A stretch of DNA of 54,408 nucleotides from an uncultured bacterium (GCA_965662235.1 CBFIGY010000019.1:1-54408); one strand, 5' to 3'. Counted from the first letter of the stretch, positions 18,718-30,289 are shown. Notes: generated by a model from the letters alone, not told the origin. A program made the numbers and translations.

Positions 18718-19431
18718 TTAAGAGAAGGTATGTGGGGCCGGGATCCGCTCCTGAAGGTGCTCCAGCACGGGTTGCATCTGCCAGCCACAGAAGGCGCCCA
18801 GGGTGGCCCAGAATCCTGCAGAGGTCACCAGTGACGCCACCGCAAACTGGGCGGAAAGCTCAGGGGGAACGGTGCTTTCTGATGTGAGCGGATGCGGGGC
18901 TCCAAGCACGTGAGGCAGCAGTAGCAGTAGCCCTCCGGCAACCCGGAGCCAAGGAGAGGGACCTTCTATCAGCAACACCAAGCTTGCGACACTGGCGACC
19001 ACGGTTCCGAGCCACCACACCTGGCGGTCGGAAAGATCGGCAGCGGCCATGCCGGGCAACTCCGGAGGCAACCCGAGCGCTGGAGCAACGGCAAAGGCGA
19101 CAAACCCGAGCAGCCCCCAGGTGATCCCAGCGGAAACGGTCAGGGGCCTTCCCCGCCAGAGCATGCCGGCCGCCAGCAAAAACGCAAAGGCCCAGCCGGT
19201 GACCACGTTGGCCACGGCGGTCCAGCCGCGACGTTCCCAGCCGTTTTCCGGAGTCCATTCATGGACGTGCTGACTTCCGTCCGGATGCACGTGGACAAAG
19301 CTCTGTTCCAGGCGCTCTGCCTCCAGCAGAAGTGGGGTAACGCGAAATTCTTGCAAGAGGCTGGTCACGCTACCGGCGAGTAATCCCGCCAGCAGAACTG
19401 TCCGGATCAGCCCCCACCCCAGTGACCCCAT
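18718..19431 (-). CDS. cbtA: Cobalt transporter subunit CbtA
   Basis: WTPENGWER, APALGLPPELPGMAAADLSDRQVWW, PHVLGAP; His-rich loop. Confidence 0.88.
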   Translation of the reverse strand: MGSLGWGLIRTVLLAGLLAGSVTSLLQEFRVTPLLLEAERLEQSFVHVHPDGSQHVHEWTPENGWERRGWTAVANVVTGWAFAFLLAAGMLWRGRPLTVSAGITWGLLGFVAFAVAPALGLPPELPGMAAADLSDRQVWWLGTVVASVASLVLLIEGPSPWLRVAGGLLLLLPHVLGAPHPLTSESTVPPELSAQFAVASLVTSAGFWATLGAFCGWQMQPVLEHLQERIPAPHTFS

Positions 19432-19607
19432 TAGTGGCAGGGGAAGGTGAAGGCGTGACGGGTGTCGTGGGCGGCGTTGTGAACAACCGAATTGGTCCCC
19501 TGAGCAAAGCCAACTAAGGACAGCAGGCCAATGCCGGCCAACCCTAGGGCCACAGCCAGACGCAGGCGGAGGGAGACTGAAGAAGCAGAAGTTTGAGCGA
19601 TCGTCAT
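19431..19607 (-). CDS. cbtB: Cobalt transporter subunit CbtB
   Basis: One TM helix and C-terminal HNAAHDTRHAFTFPCH; TAATG coupling to cbtA. Confidence 0.88.
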   Translation of the reverse strand: MTIAQTSASSVSLRLRLAVALGLAGIGLLSLVGFAQGTNSVVHNAAHDTRHAFTFPCH

Positions 19608-19686
19608 AGTTGAAATTCCATCTAAAAGTTTCGGAACGGTAAGATGCGGGAAATTGGCATCAATCGCAAGCATCAACTCGCCTGCG

Positions 19687-21024
19687 TCATGAGAGCTTCA
19701 GCAACGCGCGCATCAGCTCCGGAGCCTGTGAAAAGTGCAGGTGGACGTAGGACGCGTGGAGGTGGTGGATCCGGAATCCCTCGCGTCGGGTCTGTCCGGT
19801 GGAGTGCCGGGTCACTTCCCAAGCATTTGCCAGTGCGGCCTCTTCCAGCCACTCGGAGTGGTGGAACTCATGCCCCCGGGCTTCGGCAAATCCTTCGAGC
19901 TGCGCACGGCAGTAGCCAAAGTGCTGGAGGCTTGAAGTCATCCGGATGTTGCCCGGAATGGTTCCCACCATGGGAAAGCTCTGTTTGGCACTGGTGTGCA
20001 GGTGCTCGGCGAGCAGCATCAGGCCTCCGCACTCGGCATAGCAGGGCGTTCCTGCAGCAAGGGCTTCCCGGAGCTCCTGGCGCATGGAAACGTTCGAAGC
20101 CATCTGCTCAGCAAAGACTTCCGGAAATCCGCCTCCGAGAATCAGCGCGTCGAGGTCGGAGGGCAGCTGAGCGTCCGTCAACGGAGAAAACGGCACCACC
20201 TCCACTCCCTCCTGCTCCAACCAGTCTAGGTTCGCCTGGTAGTAAAAGTGAAAGGCCTCATCCTGCGCGACCCCCACGCGCTTGCGTCGGGTGAACGATG
20301 GCGCGGGGCGGATGGGTGCCGCAGGAACAGGGCGCCGCAACAGGGACAGCAGGGTGTCAAAGTCGAGGTGCTTGCGGGCTAAGCGAGCCAGTTGAGACGC
20401 GGGAGGAAGGGGTTGCTCGGTACTGGAACGGAGCCCCAGGTGCCGCTCCGGCCACTCCAGAAGCGGGTCCCGTGGAAGCATTCCCAGCACCGGAACCTCT
20501 AGGTCCTGGCAGGCCTGCTTGAGGTAGCGTGCATGCCCGTCGCTGCTGACCTGGTTGAGGATCACCCCGATGATCCGCCCGGGGCCTGCATCGTGGAGAA
20601 AGCCCCGGATGCTGGAGACAACGGAGCGTCCTGCATGCGCCACCGGGACCACCAGCACCACCGGCCAGTTCAGCCACTGTGCAATCTCCAGAGTGCTTCC
20701 GGCATCATTATCCGGGTTGGCCCCGTCAAAGAGTCCCATCACGCCCTCTCCTACGCCGAGGGCATCCTCCGTCAGGCGGGCGGCCGTTTCGCGAACGGCG
20801 GCTTCTCCCATGATCCATGCGTCGAGGTTGACAGAAGGCGCCTCCGCATAAAACCGATGGTATCCGGGATCAATGAAGTCTGGACCCACCTTGAAGGGCT
20901 GAAGCGGGTACCCGGCCTCCCGTAATGCTGCCAGCAGCATGGCCACCAGGGTCGTCTTCCCACTGCTGCTCTGAGTGCCAGCCAGGAAGAATCCAGGGAA
21001 GGGAGGTTGGGGCGAGGGGGGCAT
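19687..21024 (-). CDS. cobB: Cobyrinate a,c-diamide synthase
   Basis: SSGKTT, FKVGPDFIDP, EGVMGLFDG, ERHLGL, DEAFHFYY, YAECGG, GHEFH, ASYVHLHF. Confidence 0.93.
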   Translation of the reverse strand: MPPSPQPPFPGFFLAGTQSSSGKTTLVAMLLAALREAGYPLQPFKVGPDFIDPGYHRFYAEAPSVNLDAWIMGEAAVRETAARLTEDALGVGEGVMGLFDGANPDNDAGSTLEIAQWLNWPVVLVVPVAHAGRSVVSSIRGFLHDAGPGRIIGVILNQVSSDGHARYLKQACQDLEVPVLGMLPRDPLLEWPERHLGLRSSTEQPLPPASQLARLARKHLDFDTLLSLLRRPVPAAPIRPAPSFTRRKRVGVAQDEAFHFYYQANLDWLEQEGVEVVPFSPLTDAQLPSDLDALILGGGFPEVFAEQMASNVSMRQELREALAAGTPCYAECGGLMLLAEHLHTSAKQSFPMVGTIPGNIRMTSSLQHFGYCRAQLEGFAEARGHEFHHSEWLEEAALANAWEVTRHSTGQTRREGFRIHHLHASYVHLHFSQAPELMRALLKLS

Positions 21025-21123
21025 GGCTTTCTATCAAGAAAGAAGAAAATACTCTCAAAAAGGGGCCATCATACTGGGTTTCTGAGCTCAAGGCAACTTC
21101 TGCAGACCGGCCTTGGATTGAAT

Positions 21124-21152
21124 TTGATTTCCGGCCCCTTCAGTGCTATAAA
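21124..21152 (+). promoter_or_regulatory. Probable gltBD promoter
   Basis: TTGATT (21124-21129)-N17-TATAAA with TG extension. Confidence 0.55.
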
Positions 21153-21205
21153 AATTAGTTCCTAAAAGCTCGGGAGCCCAGAATTCCCCCTCCGCACCAC
21201 CACGC

Positions 21206-21316
21206 GAGCAGGAGCCTAGGGGACTGAAGTCTGGCGTCAACATCGTCCCACCGTAAGAACAATTTCCCGAAGCAACCTGTGGTGGAAGCCGGTCGTCAAA
21301 CAGTCCGCTCCTGCTT
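21206..21316. ncRNA. Candidate structured RNA (nested rod) between cobB and gltB
   Basis: Four nested complementary segments of 10, 6, 5 and 6 bp; no family recognised. Confidence 0.4.
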
Positions 21317-21407
21317 CCAAACCCCCGCTCGGGATCCTCGGATTCATAGCAACCTGTCGGCTGGTCCCGACAAGCCCGGAACAATCACTGAGAATGAATG
21401 GATTCTT

Positions 21408-24400
21408 ATGAAGCATGCCTACCCTGAAAAACAAGGGCTGTACGATCCAACCTTTGAGCATGACAGCTGCGGGGTCGGATTCATCGTCCACCTGAAGAAC
21501 GAAAAGTCCCATGAGATTGTCCGGCAGGGGCTCCGCCTCTTGTGCAACCTCAACCACCGGGGAGCCCTGGGCGCTGATCCGGAGACAGGGGACGGGGCAG
21601 GCATCCTGACACAGATTCCGCATGACTTCTTCAAGGAGGAGTGTGCGGCCCTAGGATTCGAGCTTCCGGACGCGGGTCAGTATGGCGTGGCGACGATCTT
21701 CTTGCCTCAGAGCCGAGAAGACCGCCTGCACTGTGGCGAAATGGTGGAAAGCACCGTGGTGGAGCAGGGGCTCCGGGTGCTCGGGTGGCGAACCGTGCCC
21801 ACCGACAACCGTTACGTTGGCAAGCAGGCTGCCGAAGCGATGCCTGTCATTCGGCAGCTGTTCCTAGCACCAGTGGAAGGCAACCTAGATACAGAGACGC
21901 TGGAGCGCCGCCTCTTTGTCGCCCGCAAGCAGACCCGGAGCGTCCTCAGCGACAAGCTGGACTTCTTCACCACGAGCCTGTCGTCCCGGACCATCATTTA
22001 TAAAGGCATGCTCACTGCGGAGCAGCTGGACAAATTTTATCCGGACCTGGCGGACGAGCGTTACCAAAGCGCCATTTCGCTGGCCCACACGCGCTTTCCA
22101 ACCAACACCTTCCCCCGTTGGGACCTAGCCCAGCCGTTCCGCTACCTGGCCCACAATGGGGAGATCAACACGCTGCGGGGCAACATCAACTGGATGCGGG
22201 CTCGCCAAGGCGCCCTAGAATCTCCGTTGTATGCCGACACGCAGGAGCTGATGCCGATCGTTGTGCCACGGGGCAGTGACTCGGCGTGCTTCGACAACGT
22301 CTTGGAATTCATGGTGCAGTCGGGCTACTCGCTGCCGCATGCGATGATGATGATGGTTCCGGAAGCTTGGGAAGGAAACGCCGACATCTCTCCTGAGAAG
22401 CGCGCCTTTTACGAGTTCCACTCGCACCTGATGGAGCCGTGGGATGGCCCGGCTGCCATGGCCTTCACCGATGGCATCCAGATTGGCGCGACCCTAGACC
22501 GAAACGGCCTCCGTCCGGCCCGCTACGTGGTCACCAAAGATGACTTGGTCATCATGGCCTCTGAGGTCGGCGCTGTGGAGATTGCGCCAGAGAAGATCCT
22601 TCACAAAGGGCGACTGCAGCCCGGGAAGATGTTCCTGGTTGACACCCGAGAGGGCCGCATCATTGACGACACGGAAATCAAGCACCAGCTGTGCTCGTCT
22701 CAGCCGTACCAGAAGTGGCTTGATGAAAACAGCTTCAGCCTCGGTGACCTTCCGGCCCCTCAGTCGGTTCCGGTCAATGAGGAGGAAACCCTCACCCAGC
22801 GTCAGAAGCTCTTTGGCTACACCACTGAGGACCTGAACCTCCTTCTGGAGCCAATGGCTGCCCGCGGAGAAGAAGCCACCGGCTCCATGGGGAATGATGC
22901 CCCGCTGGCGGTGCTTTCCGATAAGCCTCGGTTGCTGTACGACTACTTCAAGCAGATCTTCGCTCAGGTCAGCAACCCGGCCATCGACTCCATCCGGGAA
23001 GAGCTGGTCATGTCCCTGACCCTGCGGCTTGGACACCAGCGCAACATCCTTTCCCCGGGTCCGGAACATGCTCACATGCTCCGGCTCGATCATCCGGTGC
23101 TGACCAACGAGCAGCTGGCACAGATCAAGGAAATCCAGCACCGGGACTGTGCGGCAGCAACGCTGCCCATGCACTTCACCAGCACACAGGGACTGAAGGC
23201 GGCTTTGGATGACCTCTGCACACGTGCAGAAGAGGCGGTTCGGCAGGGCGCTCAGTTGGTGGTGCTCAGCGACCGAGGCACCGAGCAGGAGACGCTGCCA
23301 ATTCCCGCCTTGTTGGCGGTTGGGGCGGTGCACCATCACCTCATCCGCAAACGCCTCCGGCATCAGGCGAGCCTGGTGGTGGAAACCGGTGAGGCCCGTG
23401 AAATTGCTCACTTCTGCCTCCTCGTTGGTTATGGCGCCAGCGGCGTCAATCCCTACCTTGCGTTTGAAACCCTGGAGCAGATGATCCGTGAAGGCGTTCT
23501 GCCGGAGGACTTCTCCCTCGACAAGGCCATCACGAACTACCTGAAGGCGATCCGGAAGGGCATGTTCAAGGTCTTCGCCAAGATGGGCATCTCCACGCTG
23601 CAGAGCTACAACGGTGCCCAGATCTTTGAAGCCATTGGCCTCAATGAAGAGGTGGTCCGGGAGTACTTCGCCGGAACACCCTCGCGCATCAGCGGAGTGG
23701 GCCTAGAGGAGCTCGGACGTGAGTGCCTGTTGCGCTTTGAAGCCGCTTACAATGAGACTCCGGACACGGTTCGGACGTTGGACGTCGGCGGACAGTACGC
23801 TTGGCGTCGTCGAGGAGAGTACCACCAGATCAATCCTCTCTCCACGGAGTTGCTGCAGAAAGCCTCTCAGAACAAAAACCTGGACGCCTACCAACGCTTC
23901 TCGGAGCTGGCGAACAACCAGACCCGACGCTTCTCGACACCCCGGGGGCTCCTAGAGTTCCGGACCAACGTCAAGGCCGTCTCGCTGGATGAAGTGGAGC
24001 CTGCTGCTGAGATTGTGAAGCGCTTTGCCACCGGGGCCATGTCGCTGGGGTCAATCAGCCAGGAGGCGCATGAGACCCTTGCTGTGGCCATGAACCGCAT
24101 TGGCGCTCGCTCGAACAGTGGCGAGGGCGGCGAAGACGAAGTCCGCTTCCATCACCAGGAAAACGGCGACTGGCCGATCAGCAAGATCAAGCAGGTGGCC
24201 TCTGGACGCTTTGGCGTCACCATTCACTACCTGGCCAACTGCATTGAGCTGCAGATCAAAGTGGCTCAGGGCGCGAAGCCTGGAGAGGGCGGACAGCTTC
24301 CCGGCAAGAAGGTCAGCGAGTACATTGCCAAGGTTCGGCACTCCACCCCAGGTGTGACGCTGATTTCACCGCCGCCGCACCATGACATCTACTCCATTGA

Positions 24401-25898
24401 AGACCTGGCGCAGCTCATCTTTGACCTGAAGAACTCCAATCCGGATGCCAAGGTCAACGTCAAGCTCGTCTCAGAGGCTGGAGTCGGTACCATTGCCGCC
24501 GGAGTTGCCAAGGCGCATGCGGACATCATCACCATTGCTGGACATGATGGCGGAACCGGTGCATCGCCGCTGACGTCCATCAAGCACGCGGGTGTGCCCT
24601 GGGAGCTTGGCATCTCGGAAGCCCATCAGACGCTGCTGATGAACAAGCTGCGGGGACGGGTTCGGTTGCAGACGGATGGTCAGCTCAAGACCGGGCGAGA
24701 CGTGGTCATTGCTGCGTTGCTTGGTGCAGAGGAGTTTGGGTTTGCCACGGCGCCTTTGGTCGCCATCGGCTGCATCATGATGCGCAAGTGTCACCTCAAC
24801 ACCTGTCCAGTCGGCATTGCCACTCAGGATCCGGAGCTGCGTAAGAAGTTCATTGGCCAGCCGGAGCACGTCATCAACTACTTCTTCTTTGTGGCCGATG
24901 AAGTCCGGGCCCTGATGGCACAGATGGGCTTCCGGCGCTTTGATGACATGGTCGGACGCTCCGACATGCTGGTCCAGCGGACCGATGTTTCTCACTGGAA
25001 GGCCCAGAAGGTCGACCTTTCAGCGATTCTGCACAAGATCCCGGTCAGCGAAGGCGACACCCGCTACTGCACACAGCTGCAGAACCATGAGCTGGACAAG
25101 CAGATCGACCACCGCCTGATTGAGCGCGCGGAAGATGCCATTGAGCAGGGACGCCCGGTCCGGATTGAGATGGGCATTGTCAACATCAACCGGGCCGTGG
25201 GCACCATGCTCAGCAACCGCATTGCCAAGCGACATGGCGCCAAGGGGCTTCCGGAGAACACCATTCACTGCAAGTTCACTGGGTCTGCAGGGCAGAGCTT
25301 TGGGGCCTTCTTGGCCAAAGGGGTCACCCTTGAGCTGGAAGGAGACGCCAACGACTACACCGGCAAGGGCCTCAGCGGCGGGCGGATGGTGATCTACCCT
25401 CCCAAGGCTTCTTCCTTCAAGGCGGATGAAAACATCCTCATCGGCAACACGGTCCTCTATGGAGCCACCGCTGGCGAGGCCTTCTTCTCCGGAGTAGCCG
25501 GAGAGCGCTTCGCAGTCCGGAACAGTGGCGCTACCGCGGTTGTGGAAGGCGTTGGGGATCACGGCTGTGAGTACATGACCGGCGGAAACGTGATTGTTCT
25601 GGGGAAGACCGGACGCAACTTTGCGGCGGGCATGAGCGGAGGCATCGCCTATGTGCTGGATGAAGACCAGGGCTTTGAAGGGCGCTGCAACCTCGGCATG
25701 GTTGAGCTGGGGCCGATTCAGAATCCGGAGGAACAGAGCTGGATCCGCGACACCCTGACCCGGCACTACCACCTCACCGGGAGCCTCAAGACCGGAAAGC
25801 TGCTCGAGAACTGGGAGCAGACGCTGGCTCAATTTGTACGGGTCATGCCCACTGAGTACCGCATGGTCCTAGAACAGCTTCAGGCCAAAGCGGCGTAA
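21408..25898 (+). CDS. gltB: Glutamate synthase large subunit
   Basis: [65 protein letters not shown] domain; start at MKHAYP. Confidence 0.97.
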   Translation: MKHAYPEKQGLYDPTFEHDSCGVGFIVHLKNEKSHEIVRQGLRLLCNLNHRGALGADPETGDGAGILTQIPHDFFKEECAALGFELPDAGQYGVATIFLPQSREDRLHCGEMVESTVVEQGLRVLGWRTVPTDNRYVGKQAAEAMPVIRQLFLAPVEGNLDTETLERRLFVARKQTRSVLSDKLDFFTTSLSSRTIIYKGMLTAEQLDKFYPDLADERYQSAISLAHTRFPTNTFPRWDLAQPFRYLAHNGEINTLRGNINWMRARQGALESPLYADTQELMPIVVPRGSDSACFDNVLEFMVQSGYSLPHAMMMMVPEAWEGNADISPEKRAFYEFHSHLMEPWDGPAAMAFTDGIQIGATLDRNGLRPARYVVTKDDLVIMASEVGAVEIAPEKILHKGRLQPGKMFLVDTREGRIIDDTEIKHQLCSSQPYQKWLDENSFSLGDLPAPQSVPVNEEETLTQRQKLFGYTTEDLNLLLEPMAARGEEATGSMGNDAPLAVLSDKPRLLYDYFKQIFAQVSNPAIDSIREELVMSLTLRLGHQRNILSPGPEHAHMLRLDHPVLTNEQLAQIKEIQHRDCAAATLPMHFTSTQGLKAALDDLCTRAEEAVRQGAQLVVLSDRGTEQETLPIPALLAVGAVHHHLIRKRLRHQASLVVETGEAREIAHFCLLVGYGASGVNPYLAFETLEQMIREGVLPEDFSLDKAITNYLKAIRKGMFKVFAKMGISTLQSYNGAQIFEAIGLNEEVVREYFAGTPSRISGVGLEELGRECLLRFEAAYNETPDTVRTLDVGGQYAWRRRGEYHQINPLSTELLQKASQNKNLDAYQRFSELANNQTRRFSTPRGLLEFRTNVKAVSLDEVEPAAEIVKRFATGAMSLGSISQEAHETLAVAMNRIGARSNSGEGGEDEVRFHHQENGDWPISKIKQVASGRFGVTIHYLANCIELQIKVAQGAKPGEGGQLPGKKVSEYIAKVRHSTPGVTLISPPPHHDIYSIEDLAQLIFDLKNSNPDAKVNVKLVSEAGVGTIAAGVAKAHADIITIAGHDGGTGASPLTSIKHAGVPWELGISEAHQTLLMNKLRGRVRLQTDGQLKTGRDVVIAALLGAEEFGFATAPLVAIGCIMMRKCHLNTCPVGIATQDPELRKKFIGQPEHVINYFFFVADEVRALMAQMGFRRFDDMVGRSDMLVQRTDVSHWKAQKVDLSAILHKIPVSEGDTRYCTQLQNHELDKQIDHRLIERAEDAIEQGRPVRIEMGIVNINRAVGTMLSNRIAKRHGAKGLPENTIHCKFTGSAGQSFGAFLAKGVTLELEGDANDYTGKGLSGGRMVIYPPKASSFKADENILIGNTVLYGATAGEAFFSGVAGERFAVRNSGATAVVEGVGDHGCEYMTGGNVIVLGKTGRNFAAGMSGGIAYVLDEDQGFEGRCNLGMVELGPIQNPEEQSWIRDTLTRHYHLTGSLKTGKLLENWEQTLAQFVRVMPTEYRMVLEQLQAKAA

Positions 25899-25937
25899 CG
25901 CGGACCTGACTCTTCACCACACTACGACGATAAGCGC

Positions 25938-27449
25938 ATGGGAAAAGATACCGGATTTTTGGAAGTTGAGAAGCAACCGGTTCCTCGCCGAGCCATTGCG
26001 GAGCGGGTCCAGGACTTCCGCGAGTACGACAAGTCTTACTCCATCCCGGACATCCGCAAGCAGGCTTCCCGCTGCATGGACTGCGGGGTCCCGTTCTGTC
26101 ACACCGGCTGCCCGCTGGGGAACTTGATTCCGGACTGGAACGACCTGGTCTACCGCGGACACTGGCGTGAAGCGCTGGACACCCTCCACAGCACCAACAA
26201 CTTCCCGGAGTTTACTGGGCGGATCTGTCCGGCTCCTTGCGAGGACTCCTGTGTCCTCAACGCCTACTACACGCTGGATGACGAGGAGAAGGTCAAAAAG
26301 ACCCACTCCGTGACCATTGAGCAGATTGAAAAGCACATTGCCGACAAAGGCTGGGAAGAGGGCTGGATTGTTCCGCAACCGCCCAAACGCACCACCGGGA
26401 AGAAGGTTGCCATCGTGGGCTCCGGACCTGCTGGACTGGCGGCGGCTCAGCAGCTGCGTCGCGTGGGACACGATGTGACCCTTTTTGAAAAGGAAGACCG
26501 CGCCGGTGGACTGCTTCGCTATGGCATTCCGGACTTCAAACTCGACAAGCTGCACGTTCAGCGTCGCCTCGATCAACTGGAAGCCGAAGGGGTGGTCATC
26601 CGGACCGGGGTTGAAGTGGGCAAGGACCTTCCTGCGAGTGAGCTGCAGGCTCAGTTTGACGCCATTTTGCTGGCCACGGGTGCCCAGGTGGCGCGTAAGC
26701 TTGCTGTGGACGGAGCCGAGCTGGGCGGCGTTCACTATGCCATGGACTACCTGCCCCAACGGAACCGAACCGTCGCAGGCGACTCGCTGGAGCACGGCGT
26801 GGATGCCTTGGGGAAGAAAGCCGCCATTCTGGGGGGAGGCTTCACGGCGGCGGACTGCCTGGGCAACCTGAACCGTCAGCAGGCAGACCGCAAGGTGCAT
26901 CAGTTTGAGCTGGTTGACATGCAGCCCCGCCCCACTCCGGTGCATGAAGAGGTGGAACCCGACTGCCGTGCCAACATCCTCACGGAAAAGCTCATCGGTG
27001 ACGAAAACGGACACATCAAGCAGCTCCAAGCGGTTCGCGTGGAGTGGAAGAAGGTGGATGGCCGCATGACCATGGAACGGGTTCCGGGCTCGGAATTCAC
27101 GGTTGAGGTTGACCTAGTGTTGCTGGCCATGGGCTTCATTGGTCCGGAACTGCAGGGGCTTCTGGAGCAGCTGGATGTGGGCATCAGCGTCCGGGGGCAG
27201 GAAGAGGTTCAGTCTCCCAAAGCTGTGCTGGAGCAGCTCCAGCAGCGAGAAGTCATGTTTGCCGTCAAGGCCGATCAGGACTTCCGGACCAGTGTGGACG
27301 GTGTGTTTGTGGCGGGTGACGCCAAACGAGGGGCGTCCCTTGTCGTCTGGGCCATCTGGGAAGGGCGCGAGGCGGCTCGCTGCATTGACCAGTACCTGAT
27401 GGGCGTGACCGAATTGCCCACCTCTCCTCAGCTTGAAGCCTTGGTATGA
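25938..27449 (+). CDS. gltD: Glutamate synthase small subunit
   Basis: [53 protein letters not shown]. Confidence 0.95.
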   Translation: MGKDTGFLEVEKQPVPRRAIAERVQDFREYDKSYSIPDIRKQASRCMDCGVPFCHTGCPLGNLIPDWNDLVYRGHWREALDTLHSTNNFPEFTGRICPAPCEDSCVLNAYYTLDDEEKVKKTHSVTIEQIEKHIADKGWEEGWIVPQPPKRTTGKKVAIVGSGPAGLAAAQQLRRVGHDVTLFEKEDRAGGLLRYGIPDFKLDKLHVQRRLDQLEAEGVVIRTGVEVGKDLPASELQAQFDAILLATGAQVARKLAVDGAELGGVHYAMDYLPQRNRTVAGDSLEHGVDALGKKAAILGGGFTAADCLGNLNRQQADRKVHQFELVDMQPRPTPVHEEVEPDCRANILTEKLIGDENGHIKQLQAVRVEWKKVDGRMTMERVPGSEFTVEVDLVLLAMGFIGPELQGLLEQLDVGISVRGQEEVQSPKAVLEQLQQREVMFAVKADQDFRTSVDGVFVAGDAKRGASLVVWAIWEGREAARCIDQYLMGVTELPTSPQLEALV

Positions 27450-28267
27450 GTCGCAACGCCCTGATTTACATCGTCGGGATCTGCGGCTTCATTGCGCTGG
27501 GCGCCTATGCGCTCATGCAGGAACTGGATCGCAATGAGTTGGAAATCAGCGGAAGCATCAGCGGGGTCATTCAGGCCACGCCGCAGGTGGGAGGCGCGAT
27601 TGTCAAAACGGATGTCGCCTACCTCCTCCTGATTGAACCTGAGACCAACCGGGTTGCTGCCACAGGAATGATCAATCCGTTTGTCCCTCCCATGGCCTTT
27701 TCAGTTGGACAAGCCGACGCGCTGAACGGGCAGACGCTTTCCGGAAGCTACCGGATGCTGGTGCTTACGGACAAGAATGCTGATCCCAACCTCCCGGGGC
27801 GCGGTGAGCTCACCGGGCCTCTCTCTCCAGCTTACCCGCTGGGACAAACCGGTGTCGAGTACGTTCTGGATCAGTTCTTTGAGGGCTTTCCTTCAGAGCT
27901 GGAAGGGGGCGTTCAGGACACTGCCGAGACCAGCATCAGCGGCACCGTCACCATTGCTCCGGAGCTCCGGGATCAGGTGGCGCCAGGCGATCGGCTGATC
28001 ATCCTCCTGTTTGATCCCAAAATGGGACGTCCTGCAGCCTTCCGGATTCTGGCAGGCTTCCGCGAGCCTCAGGCCTTTCACATCGGAGCCGCTGATGCCA
28101 TGGGGGGAGGCGCCTTGAGTGGCCCTTACCAGTTGCGCATTGTCACCGACAAAAACAACCAGCCCTTTCAGTCGGCTCCCGGAGAAGTGATTGGACGGTC
28201 CAGCGAGCTCATTTCACTGGGAACCCACGGGATTGAATTTGTCCTAGACCAGCCGTATGTGCGGTAA
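27446..28267 (+). CDS. Membrane-anchored protein with two tandem CycH/CcmI C-terminal-like domains
   Basis: N-terminal TM helix; internal duplication ISG..GQADAL..LSGSYRMLVLTDKN..LGQTGVEYVLDQ / ISG..GAADAM..LSGPYQLRIVTDKN..LGTHGIEFVLDQ. Confidence 0.6.
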   Translation: MSRNALIYIVGICGFIALGAYALMQELDRNELEISGSISGVIQATPQVGGAIVKTDVAYLLLIEPETNRVAATGMINPFVPPMAFSVGQADALNGQTLSGSYRMLVLTDKNADPNLPGRGELTGPLSPAYPLGQTGVEYVLDQFFEGFPSELEGGVQDTAETSISGTVTIAPELRDQVAPGDRLIILLFDPKMGRPAAFRILAGFREPQAFHIGAADAMGGGALSGPYQLRIVTDKNNQPFQSAPGEVIGRSSELISLGTHGIEFVLDQPYVR

Positions 28268-28346
28268 GGGATCGAATTTTCGTGAATTTTCCCATTCATG
28301 TGCTACAAATGATGGTTTTATTTATCCACCCTTATAGAAGGAGTCC

Positions 28347-28706
28347 ATGTTTCTCTTTCCTTTTGTGACGGAAGCTTACGCCCAAGGGGCAGAAGCGGGT
28401 GCCCCTGCTGGCGCAGCCATCATGCAGTTCGTCCCCTTCATTCTGATTTTTGCCGTTTTCTACTTCCTCATCATCCGCCCCCAGCAAAAACGACAGAAGG
28501 AGCACCAGTCCATGCTGGCCGCCCTCCAGAAGGGCGACAAGGTGGTGACCTCCAGCGGCATTCATGGGACGCTCATCAAGCTCGGTGACGATCAGGTCAC
28601 CGTGGAGATTGCTCACAAAGTCAACGTCGTCATCGACCGTAGCCAGATTTCCCGCTTGGAATCCGGAAGTGGCGCTAAGGAAGAGTCAGAAGGATCCAAA
28701 GAGTAA
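28347..28706 (+). CDS. yajC: Preprotein translocase subunit YajC
   Basis: FYFLIIRPQQKRQKEHQ, LQKGDKVVTSSGIHG. Confidence 0.95.
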   Translation: MFLFPFVTEAYAQGAEAGAPAGAAIMQFVPFILIFAVFYFLIIRPQQKRQKEHQSMLAALQKGDKVVTSSGIHGTLIKLGDDQVTVEIAHKVNVVIDRSQISRLESGSGAKEESEGSKE

Positions 28707-28709
28707 ATC

Positions 28710-30281
28710 ATGAACTTAAACGCAAAAGCGGTGGCCATCATCGCGGTGCTTCTGGCGGCCCTCTACTACGCCTTTCCCACTTATGAAGCCTACTTTACGG
28801 ACCAAGATCCGCTCACCATTCCTGGAAAGGTGAACCTGGGTCTAGACCTCCAGGGCGGGATGTACCTGGACGTGGAGGTCAAGTCCGATGAGGCTGTTTC
28901 GGTGATGACCCGTCGGACCGCTCAGGAGCTGGAAGATGTCATGATTGACAACCAGGAGGACTTCATTGAGGTCCGGGTGCTGAGCGATACCGAATTCACC
29001 ATTGAGATGGAGCCGGGACGTCCCCTGAACCTGGATGAGGACCCCTACAGCCGCTTCATTGTCGAGTTTGATCAACTGACCAACGGCGATCTGACGACCC
29101 TCACGCTCAAGCCTGAGGAAGTGACCCGCATTCAGGACAACGCCGTCAGTCAGGCGCTGGAGGTGCTCCGGAACCGCATTGATGGACTGGGCATCAGTGA
29201 GCCCTCCATTCAGCGCCAGGGCGTCAACAGTGTCGTCATCCAGCTTCCGGGCCTGAAGGACCGCGACAAGGCGATCGAGCTGATTGGCCCACAGGCGGTG
29301 CTGGAGTTCTACCTAACGAACCCTAATGCGACCCCCTCGACGTACAATCGCATCACAGAGGTGGTGAAGTATGAGGAGGTCTGGAATAAGCAGACCAACA
29401 AGCTCGTTGGCCGGAACCCTTACGTGTTGGAGAAGAAAGTGCTCCTCACCGGGGAATTCATCCGAGACGCGCAGGTTCGCTTTGATCCGCAGACCAACCA
29501 GCCCTACGTTTCTCTGTCGTTCGACTCCATTGGAGCCGAGACCTTTGCCCGCATCACGGAGCGCAACACCGGTCGCAACCTAGCCATTGTGCTGGACGAC
29601 AAGGTTCAGTCGGCGCCGGTGATTCGAGAGGCCATCACCGGAGGAGAAGCATCCATCTCCGGACAGTTCACCGTCGATGACGCCAAGAACCTGGCCATTG
29701 TCCTGCGTTCGGGCGCCCTGCCGGCTCCAATTGAGATCCGTGAAGAGCGGACCGTTGGGGCCAGCCTGGGTGAGGATTCCGTCCGACAGGGGCTCATGTC
29801 TCTGCTGATTGGTGGTGGACTGGTGCTCGTCTTCATGGCGGCGTACTACCGAGTCGCCGGCTCCTTTGCCGTGGTCTCGCTGGTGTTCAACATGATCATG
29901 ATCATTGCCGTTCTGGGGGCCTTCGGGGCGACCCTGACGCTTCCGGGCATGGCCGGCATTGTGCTGACCATCGGCATGGCGGTGGACGCCAACGTCCTCA
30001 TCTTTGAGCGCATCCGCGAGGAACTGCGCCGGAGTGCCAACCCCCGGGGGGCCATCAAAGAAGGCTTCGACAAGGCCTTCCGGACCATTCTCGACTCGAA
30101 CGTCACCACCCTGTTTGCGGCGCTGGCCCTGCTTCAGTTCGGCAGTGGCCCGATCAAGGGATTCGCGGTCACTCTGTCCATCGGCATTCTTGCCAGCATG
30201 TTCACCGCCATTGTGGTGACCCGTCTCTTGTTTGAGTTGGTTTACCTCAACCGCAATCAGTTAAAATCCATCAGCATCTGA
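28710..30281 (+). CDS. secD: Protein translocase subunit SecD
   Basis: LGLDLQGG, LRNRID, LRSGALPAP, GMAVDANVLIFERIREE, IKGFAVTL. Confidence 0.96.
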   Translation: MNLNAKAVAIIAVLLAALYYAFPTYEAYFTDQDPLTIPGKVNLGLDLQGGMYLDVEVKSDEAVSVMTRRTAQELEDVMIDNQEDFIEVRVLSDTEFTIEMEPGRPLNLDEDPYSRFIVEFDQLTNGDLTTLTLKPEEVTRIQDNAVSQALEVLRNRIDGLGISEPSIQRQGVNSVVIQLPGLKDRDKAIELIGPQAVLEFYLTNPNATPSTYNRITEVVKYEEVWNKQTNKLVGRNPYVLEKKVLLTGEFIRDAQVRFDPQTNQPYVSLSFDSIGAETFARITERNTGRNLAIVLDDKVQSAPVIREAITGGEASISGQFTVDDAKNLAIVLRSGALPAPIEIREERTVGASLGEDSVRQGLMSLLIGGGLVLVFMAAYYRVAGSFAVVSLVFNMIMIIAVLGAFGATLTLPGMAGIVLTIGMAVDANVLIFERIREELRRSANPRGAIKEGFDKAFRTILDSNVTTLFAALALLQFGSGPIKGFAVTLSIGILASMFTAIVVTRLLFELVYLNRNQLKSISI

Positions 30282-30289
30282 GATCGTCC

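Noticed and set aside
21025..21400. Cobalamin riboswitch upstream of cobB
   Set aside because: No GCCACTG or AGCCAG..AGACC B12-box elements on the minus strand
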